Source of the DNA: Actinomycetota bacterium
GTDB lineage: Bacteria > Actinomycetota > Acidimicrobiia > Acidimicrobiales > Ilumatobacteraceae
Assembly: GCA_005789925.1 (NCBI GenBank)
Contig: SXWG01000156.1
Location: 1-25,126 of the forward strand
Length of the DNA stretch: 25,126 bases
Direction of reading: 5' to 3'
Position 1 is the first letter of the stretch. Each line of letters starts with the position of its first letter. The notes under the pieces were generated by a model that saw only the letters and a program-made list of their open reading frames with translations, was not told the origin of the DNA and did no database searches. The position numbers and the translations under genes were made by a program. This document shows, piece after piece, positions 15,763-23,599 of this stretch.

Positions 15763-15799
15763 AGAGGCCGCCGGGTTCCACGAACCGGGCGGCTTTTTT
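15763..15799 (+). terminator. Intrinsic terminator/attenuator between the uORF and whiB7
   Basis: Stem GCCGCC-G-GGTTC / GAACC-G-GGCGGC (15767-15793) with a CAC loop, followed by TTTTTT (15794-15799). Confidence 0.9.
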
Positions 15800-15838
15800 G
15801 TTGCCCACATTCACCTTCACACACAGAAAGCAGACACC

Positions 15839-16189
15839 ATGTACACAGCAATCAACAAAGAAATCGGCGGAGTCGCACTCCGTGAAGAGCCGGCACGTTT
15901 GTCGGCTCTGCGCTGCAGCGATGGCAACGGAACGTTGTCGTACCTCTTCTTCTCTGAGGAATACGTCGACATTCAGCGTGCCAAGGCGATCTGCGCCAAA
16001 TGCACATCTGCACGTGACTGCCTGCAAGGCGCCCTCGAACAGCTCGAGCCGTGGGGCGTTTGGGGAGGTGAGTTGCTCGAGATGGGACGCATCGTGGCAG
16101 TGAAGAAGCCACGAGGACGTCCACCCACAAAATCGCGCCCGGTCATCGAGATCGACGAGGTACCCATTCCTCGTCACCTCGTAGCCTGA
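15839..16189 (+). CDS. whiB7: WhiB7/WblC-like Fe-S transcription factor with AT-hook
   Basis: Four Cys (C-x25-C-xx-C-x5-C), EPWGVWGGELL turn, and C-terminal KKPRGRPP AT-hook. Confidence 0.88.
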   Translation: MYTAINKEIGGVALREEPARLSALRCSDGNGTLSYLFFSEEYVDIQRAKAICAKCTSARDCLQGALEQLEPWGVWGGELLEMGRIVAVKKPRGRPPTKSRPVIEIDEVPIPRHLVA

Positions 16190-16193
16190 CCAT

Positions 16194-16778
16194 GTGAGAA
16201 TCCGTCGGAATCTCCTTGTCTGGTCGACCGTGGCGGCACTTGTCGTCGCCATCGTCGGGGGTTGGCTGTTCAGCTCGGCCTCCGACGACGGCGTCGACGC
16301 CAATCTCACGAACCCGGGTGTCGTACAAGACCCCACCATCGGCACTAATGCGGTCTCACGTGGCGAGCAACTACCCGCAATCAATCTGCCCTCCGTGGCA
16401 ACGGGCGAGATGACCGCGATCTTCCCTCAGGGCCGCCCACTCGTCATCAACTTCTGGTTCTCCACCTGCGAGCCCTGTCGTCGTGAAATGCCGGCACTGC
16501 AAGATGTCAACCAACAACTGTCGGGCAAGGTCGACGTCATCGGCGTGAATCCGAATGACACTGCCGATGTCGCCGCACAATGGGCCGCTGACATCGGGGT
16601 TACCTTCCCGCTCTACACCGACCGCGATGCGGAACTTCTCACCAAAGTGGGAGTCGGCACCATGCCCACCACATTGTTCGTGTCCACTGACGGCGTCGTC
16701 GTCGACACCCATGCTGGTGAAATCACTGCCGACGAATTGCGTGCTGCCATCACCAAGAACTTCGGCATCAAGGCGTGA
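16194..16778 (+). CDS. TlpA/ResA-like membrane-anchored thiol-disulfide oxidoreductase
   Basis: N-terminal TM, VINFWFSTCEPCRREMP (CxxC), and MPTTLFV. TAGCCT-6nt-GTG start. Confidence 0.9.
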   Translation: MRIRRNLLVWSTVAALVVAIVGGWLFSSASDDGVDANLTNPGVVQDPTIGTNAVSRGEQLPAINLPSVATGEMTAIFPQGRPLVINFWFSTCEPCRREMPALQDVNQQLSGKVDVIGVNPNDTADVAAQWAADIGVTFPLYTDRDAELLTKVGVGTMPTTLFVSTDGVVVDTHAGEITADELRAAITKNFGIKA

Positions 16779-16781
16779 ACC

Positions 16782-17633
16782 ATGGAAGGTGATTTCGCCT
16801 ACAGCTTCATCCTCGGTGTACTTGCTGCCGTGAACCCATGCGGCTTCGTGTTGTTGCCGACCTATCTCTTGTACTTTCTTGGTCTTGAGAGCCATCGTGA
16901 ATCGACACAGACCGCGTCACTTCGTCGTGCGCTCACTGTCAGCGCGGCAGTGAGTGGCGGTTTCATCGCGGTGTTTCTCGTGGTCGGCATCATCACGCGC
17001 TTGTTCACCACTGTTCTCTCCGACAACGCCAAGTACGTCGGGCTCCTTGTTGGTGTAGTGCTCACCGTGATGGGTGTGGCGATGCTCACTGGGTGGAAGC
17101 CGACGTTCTTGCGACCATCAATCACTGCGGATCGTGACACCACCGTCCGGGCAATGTTCGTGTACGGCATCGCCTACGCGGTTGCATCAATCGGATGCAC
17201 CATCGGTCTTCTCACCACGGTCGTACTCGGTTCAGTCGGCCGCCACGGATTCGCGTCGGGCGTCGCAAGCATCGTGCTGTACGGCCTGGGAATGGCACTC
17301 TTCGTCACTGCACTCACCGTCACACTTGCCAGCGCGCAACGAGGGCTCCTCACATTTGCACGCAACAGCATGCGTCACGTCGACAGAGTGTCCTCGGTGT
17401 TCATCACGCTCGCAGGCCTGTACCTCACGTGGTACTGGTACGGAGCAGTCACAGAACGAGCGGCAGGTTCGATCACTGGCACTGTTGATGATTGGCAATC
17501 GTCGGTGACGTCGTTTCTACAAGATCAAGGTGCGTGGCGACTTGCCAGCGTATTCACACTGATCGTGGTCATCGCACTCGTCACGGTGCGAGTCGCGACA
17601 TCGTCCACGAATCGCGATCGCGAACGTATCTGA
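16782..17633 (+). CDS. ccdA: CcdA/DsbD-type cytochrome c biogenesis membrane protein
   Basis: AAVNPCGFVLLP and ASIGCTIG (the two conserved Cys), multiple TMs, adjacent to the TlpA-like gene. Confidence 0.85.
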   Translation: MEGDFAYSFILGVLAAVNPCGFVLLPTYLLYFLGLESHRESTQTASLRRALTVSAAVSGGFIAVFLVVGIITRLFTTVLSDNAKYVGLLVGVVLTVMGVAMLTGWKPTFLRPSITADRDTTVRAMFVYGIAYAVASIGCTIGLLTTVVLGSVGRHGFASGVASIVLYGLGMALFVTALTVTLASAQRGLLTFARNSMRHVDRVSSVFITLAGLYLTWYWYGAVTERAAGSITGTVDDWQSSVTSFLQDQGAWRLASVFTLIVVIALVTVRVATSSTNRDRERI

Positions 17634-18216
17634 ACCGGTCGTGCAAGCGGCTTGGCCGACCTTGCCAGAACTCAATCGACACGGGGATGAGACGCCATCC
17701 ACCCCAATTCTCTGGGCGCGGAACCTCTTTGCCTTCGAAACGAGCGGTCATGTCGGCCACCATTGATTCCAATTCGTCACGGTTTGCGAGCACCTGGCTT
17801 TGTGGTGACGCCCACGCACCGATCTGTGACGCGCGAGGACGGCTGGCGAAATAATCATCGCTCTCAGCCGCCGACACCTTCATGATGTTTCCTCGCACGC
17901 GAACCTGACGATGAAGATCAAGCCAGGCGAACACAGCTGATGCCACCGGATTTTCCTCCAGCTGGGCACTCTTTGCGCTGTCATAGTTGGTGTAGAACAC
18001 GAAACCGCGTTCATCGGCTGCGCGCGCAAGAACGACACGTGCATCAGGGGCACCCAAGGCATCGACCGTCGACAGTGTCATCGCGTGTGGTTCAGCAATA
18101 CCGGCCTCTTCGGCCTGTGAGTACCACAGGTTGAATTGCTCGAATGGGTCACTGTTCAGGTCACCGATGTCGAGTCCAGCAGTCTCGTACTGAATACGAC
18201 GGTCGCGGATGCTCAT
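17581..18216 (-). CDS. pdxH: Pyridoxamine 5'-phosphate oxidase
   Basis: AMTLSTVD, ARVVL, FYTNYDSAK, RQVRVRG, SRPRASQIGAWASPQS, EFWQGRPSRLHDRFRY. Confidence 0.96.
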   Translation of the reverse strand: MSIRDRRIQYETAGLDIGDLNSDPFEQFNLWYSQAEEAGIAEPHAMTLSTVDALGAPDARVVLARAADERGFVFYTNYDSAKSAQLEENPVASAVFAWLDLHRQVRVRGNIMKVSAAESDDYFASRPRASQIGAWASPQSQVLANRDELESMVADMTARFEGKEVPRPENWGGWRLIPVSIEFWQGRPSRLHDRFRYVRDRDSWTMSRLAP

Positions 18217-18229
18217 GTGTCGTTGCTCA

Positions 18230-19522
18230 TCACTTCGCAGTGATCGACGTGGCTCCGCGCATGTACGGCACGAGAACCTCAGGGATGCGCACGGACCCGT
18301 CTGGCTGGCGATGGTTCTCGCAGATCGCTGCCCACACGCGTGGCACGGCGAGTGCAGAGCCGTTCAATGTGTTGGCGATCTCGGTGCCCTTCTGCCCGTG
18401 TCGCTTGAAGCGAATGTCGGCACGACGGGCCTGATAATCGCTGAACCAGCTCACCGAGCTCACCTCGAGCCACGCATCGCAACCTGGTGCGTACACCTCG
18501 ATGTCGAAACTGCGGTGGTGGCTACCACCCATGTCGCCTATGCAGATTTCGATGATGCGATACGGCAACTCGAGCGCAGTCATGAGTGCCTCAGCACGCG
18601 ACACCAACTCCTGAAGAAGCTCGGGAGCTTGCTCAGGTGTGGCCACCGCGAGAATCTCTACTTTGTCGAATTCGTGTGCGCGCAACATGCCCCGTGTGTC
18701 GCGACCAGCAGAACCCGCCTCACGGCGGTAACACGGGGTGTACGCCATGAGCCGTGCAGGAAGTTGCGCTTCGTCGAGGACTTCACCGGCATACAGCGAG
18801 GTGAGTGGAACTTCGGCAGTCGGGATGGTCCACAAGTCGTCGCGCTCGATGGCGAATGCATCGTCGGCGAACTTCGGTAGATGACCCGTCGCAGTCAGCG
18901 TCGCGGTGGTGACAAGAGATGGGGGCCGAATCTCTTCGAATGCATCGGCGTTGCGATCGAGTGCGAACTGACACAAGGCGCGAGCCAACGTGGCACCGAG
19001 TCCGCGCTGCATCGTGAACATGGCACCAGAGATTTTTGTGGCACGTTCGTTGTCGAGAATGCCGAGTGCGGTCGCCGTCTCCCAATGCGGCACACGCTGG
19101 TGGTCGCCAAAGGTGGCTGGCATGTTGACAGGACCCTTCACGACCGGGTTGTCTGCATCAGACGCACCATCGGGAGCGTCGACATGAGGCATGTTCGGAA
19201 TGCGAAGCATGACTTCACGTAACTGGCCCTGTAGCTCGTCGAAGTCGACCTGCAGTTGTCGCTCGGTGTCGCCGAGAGCACGGCTTTCAGCCATGACAGC
19301 CTCGGCCTCGTCGTTCTTACCCGCCTTACGCAAGCCACCGACCTGTTTTGACAGATCGTTCACTCGTGCACGAAGTGCGTCGCGCTCTGCAGTGAGGTCG
19401 CGCAGCTTGGTGTCGAGTGCGACGGCGGCGTCGATTTGTGCCGACACCTCGGCCTTGCCTCGGCGCGCCAGTGCCGTGCGCACTGCATCGAGGTCACTGC
19501 GCAGCAGACGGACATCAATCAC
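18230..19522 (-). CDS. serS: Serine--tRNA ligase
   Basis: Start corrected to GTG 19522 (MIDVRLLR; TAGCCT 7 nt upstream). N-terminal coiled arm, IPTAEVPL, YRREAGSAGRDTRG, HEFDKVE, EVSSVS, LNGSALAVPR. Confidence 0.97.
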   Translation of the reverse strand: MIDVRLLRSDLDAVRTALARRGKAEVSAQIDAAVALDTKLRDLTAERDALRARVNDLSKQVGGLRKAGKNDEAEAVMAESRALGDTERQLQVDFDELQGQLREVMLRIPNMPHVDAPDGASDADNPVVKGPVNMPATFGDHQRVPHWETATALGILDNERATKISGAMFTMQRGLGATLARALCQFALDRNADAFEEIRPPSLVTTATLTATGHLPKFADDAFAIERDDLWTIPTAEVPLTSLYAGEVLDEAQLPARLMAYTPCYRREAGSAGRDTRGMLRAHEFDKVEILAVATPEQAPELLQELVSRAEALMTALELPYRIIEICIGDMGGSHHRSFDIEVYAPGCDAWLEVSSVSWFSDYQARRADIRFKRHGQKGTEIANTLNGSALAVPRVWAAICENHRQPDGSVRIPEVLVPYMRGATSITAK

Positions 19523-19582
19523 GTCGATGAGGCTAGCGGTGGACTGTGTTGTTGACCGTGCCAGTTTCGTAGTGTGAGAAGC

Positions 19583-20488
19583 GTGTCTGGTGTGGTCGTT
19601 GAAGATCTCGTCGTGTCGTACGGCGACCTTCGAGCAGTCGACCATGCAAGTTTCACGGCTTCGCACGGTGAAGTGACCGTCATCCTCGGCCCGAATGGTG
19701 CGGGCAAGACCTCAACAATCGAGGTCTGCGAAGGCTTCCGCGTCGCCAGTGCAGGCAACGTCTCCGTTGCAGGTCTCGATCCGATTCGTGACCACGCACA
19801 GCTCACCCGAAAGATGGGCGTGATGCTGCAAGGAAGTGGGGTATACCCCAGCTCCCGTGTGCACGAGATAGTCCGTCTCTATGTCGACTTGTATGACAAA
19901 GGTGCCTCAGCAGCTGCTCTTGTCGACCAGGTCGGTCTTGGCCATCGCCGTGGCCATAGTTGGAAACGTCTATCAGGTGGAGAACAACAACGACTGTCGT
20001 TGGCACTCGCTCTCGCTGCGGTCCCCGAAGTCGCGTTCTTGGATGAGCCGACAGCAGGTGTCGACGTGTCGGGCCGCCAAGACATCCGTCGCATCGTGGC
20101 TGATCTTGCCGCTACTGGCTGTGCGGTAGTGCTCGCCACGCATGAACTTGACGAAGCAGAACGCATCGCCGATCGCATCGTCATTTTCCACCACGGCCGT
20201 GTCGTTGCAAACGGGACACTCGCTGAACTTCGTGCCGGCAACGATGGCCTGCGTTTCTCTAGCTCACCCGCTTTGGACGACAGGGAACTTGCCCGACATC
20301 TCGGTGCTGAGGTGACTCGTGGCGCCGACGGTCACTTCGTGGTGTCCGCTGACCCGACTCCGTCACTTGTTGCGCGACTCAGTCAGTGGTTGGCCGATCA
20401 TTCACTTCCACTGAATGACCTGCGCACCTCTGAGACGCTCGAAGCAATCTTCCAACGCATCGTCGATTCGATCGGAGACGGACGATGA
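19583..20488 (+). CDS. ABC transporter ATP-binding protein (ABC-2/DrrA-like exporter)
   Basis: GPNGAGKTS, LSGGEQQRL, FLDEPTAGVD, ATH. Start is GTG 19583, 7 nt after TAGTGT. Confidence 0.93.
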   Translation: MSGVVVEDLVVSYGDLRAVDHASFTASHGEVTVILGPNGAGKTSTIEVCEGFRVASAGNVSVAGLDPIRDHAQLTRKMGVMLQGSGVYPSSRVHEIVRLYVDLYDKGASAAALVDQVGLGHRRGHSWKRLSGGEQQRLSLALALAAVPEVAFLDEPTAGVDVSGRQDIRRIVADLAATGCAVVLATHELDEAERIADRIVIFHHGRVVANGTLAELRAGNDGLRFSSSPALDDRELARHLGAEVTRGADGHFVVSADPTPSLVARLSQWLADHSLPLNDLRTSETLEAIFQRIVDSIGDGR

Positions 20489-21228
20489 AGCAATGGCGCG
20501 CCCAGACATTGGCCGAGTTGCGTCTTCTCGCTCGCAACGGTGAGCAGCTACTTCTCACAATCGGCATACCCGTGTTGCTTCTCGTGTTCTTCTCCGTCGT
20601 CGACGTGTTGCCGACCGGAGAGGGCGATGCGATTGACTTTCTCCTACCAGGGGTGCTCGCCATCGCGCTCATGTCGACAGCAATGGTCAGCCTTGGCATC
20701 GCCACTGGTTTCGAACGCTCATACGGGGTGTTGAAACGACTCGGCGCCACCCCGCTTGGTCGTCCTCGATTGATCGCCGCGAAGGTCGCCAGTGTCGTGA
20801 GCGTGCAGGTCTTTCAATTCGTCGTTCTCGCCATCATCGCCGCATTGCTCGGTTGGTCTGCGAGCGACATGAACATCGCAGCCCTTCTCATCGGTTTTCT
20901 CTTCGGCACAGCCAGCTTCGTGGGCATCGGCTTGCTGCTTGCCGGAACACTTCGAGGCGAGATCAACCTCGCAGCCCAAAACGGCTTGTACCTATTGATG
21001 TTGTTGCTGAGCGGAATGATCATCGATGCCGACTCAATGCCTGCCGCGCTCAACTCACTCGCAACTGCCTTGCCCTCTGGCGCGCTCGCGACGATCTTCC
21101 GCACTGCGACGGGCCATTCTTCTGACGCACTTGCCGGCCCCACCATGGTTCTCATCGCCTGGTCTGCCGCGGCATTGACTCTCACAGGTCGCAACTTCAG
21201 TTGGTCGCCGAGCGACTCGCGCCGCTGA
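20485..21228 (+). CDS. ABC-2 type permease
   Basis: ELRLLARNGEQLLLT, FERSYGVLKRLGATPLGR, six TMs. ATGA overlap with the ATPase. Confidence 0.9.
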   Translation: MKQWRAQTLAELRLLARNGEQLLLTIGIPVLLLVFFSVVDVLPTGEGDAIDFLLPGVLAIALMSTAMVSLGIATGFERSYGVLKRLGATPLGRPRLIAAKVASVVSVQVFQFVVLAIIAALLGWSASDMNIAALLIGFLFGTASFVGIGLLLAGTLRGEINLAAQNGLYLLMLLLSGMIIDADSMPAALNSLATALPSGALATIFRTATGHSSDALAGPTMVLIAWSAAALTLTGRNFSWSPSDSRR

Positions 21229-21229
21229 G

Positions 21230-21697
21230 TCAGAGGTCTTTGCGCATCACGTCGACGCGGTGATGACCCAGCGCACCGACACGAACGTGTACCCAGCCAT
21301 GACGGGCGTACCACTCACTTTGATCATGGGTGTACAAGAACAACAACGCCACCCCAAGCCGCGCGGCTTCACCTTCGACATGTTCGAGCAATGCATTGGC
21401 GACCCCACGTCGCCGGGCGTCGGGGCGCACGAACAGCGCCGCCAACCATGGCCCTGGCTCTGTTGCATCTGGTAGTTCGTCGTCTGACACCAATGACGCT
21501 GTGCCGACCACTTCGTCGTTCAGCCACGCCACGTACACGAACGGAAGCTCGTCGTCTGATTCATCAGACTCAGCAACAATCTGCAGGTAGGTGTCAGGGG
21601 TGTCGGCGGGAAATGAGTTATGCCATTCTGCGTAGCTCCACGTCGCCACGACATTGCGGACGTCGGCGTCGGGCGGAATGCGCCCGCAATGAATCAT
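21230..21697 (-). CDS. GNAT family N-acetyltransferase
   Basis: WLAALFVRPDARRRGVANALL (acetyl-CoA-binding motif A) and LFLYT. Confidence 0.88.
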   Translation of the reverse strand: MIHCGRIPPDADVRNVVATWSYAEWHNSFPADTPDTYLQIVAESDESDDELPFVYVAWLNDEVVGTASLVSDDELPDATEPGPWLAALFVRPDARRRGVANALLEHVEGEAARLGVALLFLYTHDQSEWYARHGWVHVRVGALGHHRVDVMRKDL

Positions 21698-22623
21698 CGT
21701 GGTTCTGGTGCGGCCTTCACGCGACTGAAGGCTTCTTCGACGTCTTTGTACAACAAGACATCGTCAGTACCGACGATCTCTGCGTCTGATGGTGCTGAGT
21801 TCGGCTTGTACGACTGACGATCATTGAAGCCACCCATGAACTTCTTAAAGAACAGATAGATGATGACGAACCACATGAAGACTGATCCGCCCAGTTTCAT
21901 GATGCCGCCCGCCGCTTGCTGGTCAGACAACACCGAGACGCCCCACACGCGCACCGGAATGTCGTAATGGTCGTACACCGACCCTTCCGCAAACGTGAGC
22001 CACCCGGCTGGGACGGTGGGCACAAGTGACATCGCGAACATGTAGATCATCATTCCGCCGACCGACATACGAAGTTCCTGCGCAGGGCCACACACGGGCA
22101 ACCACATCAAGAGCGCTGAGGTCACCACCAGCACATGCACTCCGTAGTGCAAAGGTCCGTTGCTGGCACTCGCATTCACAATGCCCGGAATATGCGTGAT
22201 CATGACCACCAAATTGAAAAGTACTCCTGCGATGGCGGGACGGGCGAAGAATCGCACGACTGTGTAGGTGCGGGCATTCCCGACCAGCAATCTGAACAGC
22301 CACTCTGGGATGGCAAGCAAGGCGAGCGGCGGCACGAAATACGAGAGCGACATGTGTTGCACCATGTGCACCGAATACAGGTACTCCTCCGAGATGTCGT
22401 GCACCGGCCAATCGGTCGTGCCCCACAGCAGCAACATGGCGAGCACGAAGTAGGACACCTGGCGACGCGTGACGATGTTTCCTTCAGGTGCAAAGCGAGG
22501 GCCGATGACCTTCACTGCGTATGTGTACGCCCCAAAGAGGAATGCAATGAGCACCCACACCTCGATGTGGAGCTGGAAGCGCCACGGGTCTTGACTCACC
22601 TGTTCGGCGGCTGCGCGAAACAT
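21694..22623 (-). CDS. ctaG: CtaG-type (caa3) cytochrome c oxidase assembly factor
   Basis: DWPVHDISEEYLYSVHMVQHMSL, HIP, HYGVH, DQQAAGGIMK. Multi-TM, within the cta cluster. Confidence 0.85.
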   Translation of the reverse strand: MFRAAAEQVSQDPWRFQLHIEVWVLIAFLFGAYTYAVKVIGPRFAPEGNIVTRRQVSYFVLAMLLLWGTTDWPVHDISEEYLYSVHMVQHMSLSYFVPPLALLAIPEWLFRLLVGNARTYTVVRFFARPAIAGVLFNLVVMITHIPGIVNASASNGPLHYGVHVLVVTSALLMWLPVCGPAQELRMSVGGMMIYMFAMSLVPTVPAGWLTFAEGSVYDHYDIPVRVWGVSVLSDQQAAGGIMKLGGSVFMWFVIIYLFFKKFMGGFNDRQSYKPNSAPSDAEIVGTDDVLLYKDVEEAFSRVKAAPEPR

Positions 22624-22646
22624 GGCCTATCTCCGTTCGAAGGGAA

Positions 22647-22961
22647 CTACGAAAAGAATTGAAACGTCGCAAGCGCCGCGAAGTAACAACCGAGTGCCAA
22701 CACGAGGCCGGCGTAGAACATGAAGCTGAAGAGCTTGTTGTCGAACTTCAAATGCATGAAATACGACACGACAATGATGAACTTCGCCACCATCATGATC
22801 ATCAATGACGGCATGAAGAACGGACCAAAATCCACGTAATACGTGGACACTTCGAGCGCAGTGATGACAGCGAGGATGATCGCGACTTTGATGTAGCCAC
22901 CATCAGTGAGACCGTGCTGTTCGTGCTCGGTGTGTTCTGCGTGTTCGGTAGCCGTTGACAT
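22647..22961 (-). CDS. ctaF: Cytochrome c oxidase subunit IV (prokaryotic)
   Basis: YIKVAIILAVITALEV...AKFIIVVSYFMHLKFD, three TMs. Confidence 0.85.
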   Translation of the reverse strand: MSTATEHAEHTEHEQHGLTDGGYIKVAIILAVITALEVSTYYVDFGPFFMPSLMIMMVAKFIIVVSYFMHLKFDNKLFSFMFYAGLVLALGCYFAALATFQFFS

Positions 22962-22984
22962 GGTTGCTGAGTGTCCTTCCGAGG

Positions 22985-23599
22985 TCAGGCGGGGATGAGG
23001 TAGACGAGAGTGAAGATGATGATCCAGACGACATCCACGAAGTGCCAGTAGAGACCCACGATCTCAACTGACTCTGCTTTGTCGCGGGTCACACGATTCT
23101 TCTGGATGATGCTTCGGGTGACGAGCAACATGATGACTCCGACCGTCACGTGCACGCCGTGGAAACCAGTGAGGGTGTAGAAGCTCGAGCTGAAGAGGCT
23201 CGTGGTGAAGCCCAGTCCTTCGCGGTAAAACGCGGTGAACTCATACACCTGGCCACCAACGAAGGTTGATCCGAGAAGAGCGGTCACGAGAAGCCACAAG
23301 TTTGTCTGCTGATCATTTCGACGCTGGGCGGAACTGACCGCCAACACCATTGTGAGCGACGACATGAGCAATACGAAGCTGCTGACAGAGGTGAACGGAA
23401 TGTCGTAGATCTGGTTCGGATGAGGGCCATTTGCCACGCGACCGCGATACAGCATGTAGGTGGAGATGAGCCCACCGAAGAGCAGGCACTCTGAACCGAG
23501 GAACAACCACATCGCAAGTTTGTTGTTCGACAAACCCGTCGAGGTGACATGGGCGCCATGGCCGGCGTCGTGTGCTGCGTGCACTGCTGTGTCAGCCAT
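22985..23599 (-). CDS. ctaE: Cytochrome c oxidase subunit III
   Basis: WLFLGSECLLFGGL, LLMSSLTM, FYTLTGFHGVHV, LYWHFVDVVWIIIF. Start corrected to ATG 23599. Confidence 0.95.
   Translation of the reverse strand: MADTAVHAAHDAGHGAHVTSTGLSNNKLAMWLFLGSECLLFGGLISTYMLYRGRVANGPHPNQIYDIPFTSVSSFVLLMSSLTMVLAVSSAQRRNDQQTNLWLLVTALLGSTFVGGQVYEFTAFYREGLGFTTSLFSSSFYTLTGFHGVHVTVGVIMLLVTRSIIQKNRVTRDKAESVEIVGLYWHFVDVVWIIIFTLVYLIPA

Noticed and set aside
19583-21697. ABC-2 exporter and GNAT as a local WhiB7 resistance regulon (tap/eis analogues)
   Set aside because: There is no A-tract or clear -35 upstream of the ABC promoter, and the GNAT is coupled to the ctaG operon. Nothing in the sequence links them to WhiB7.
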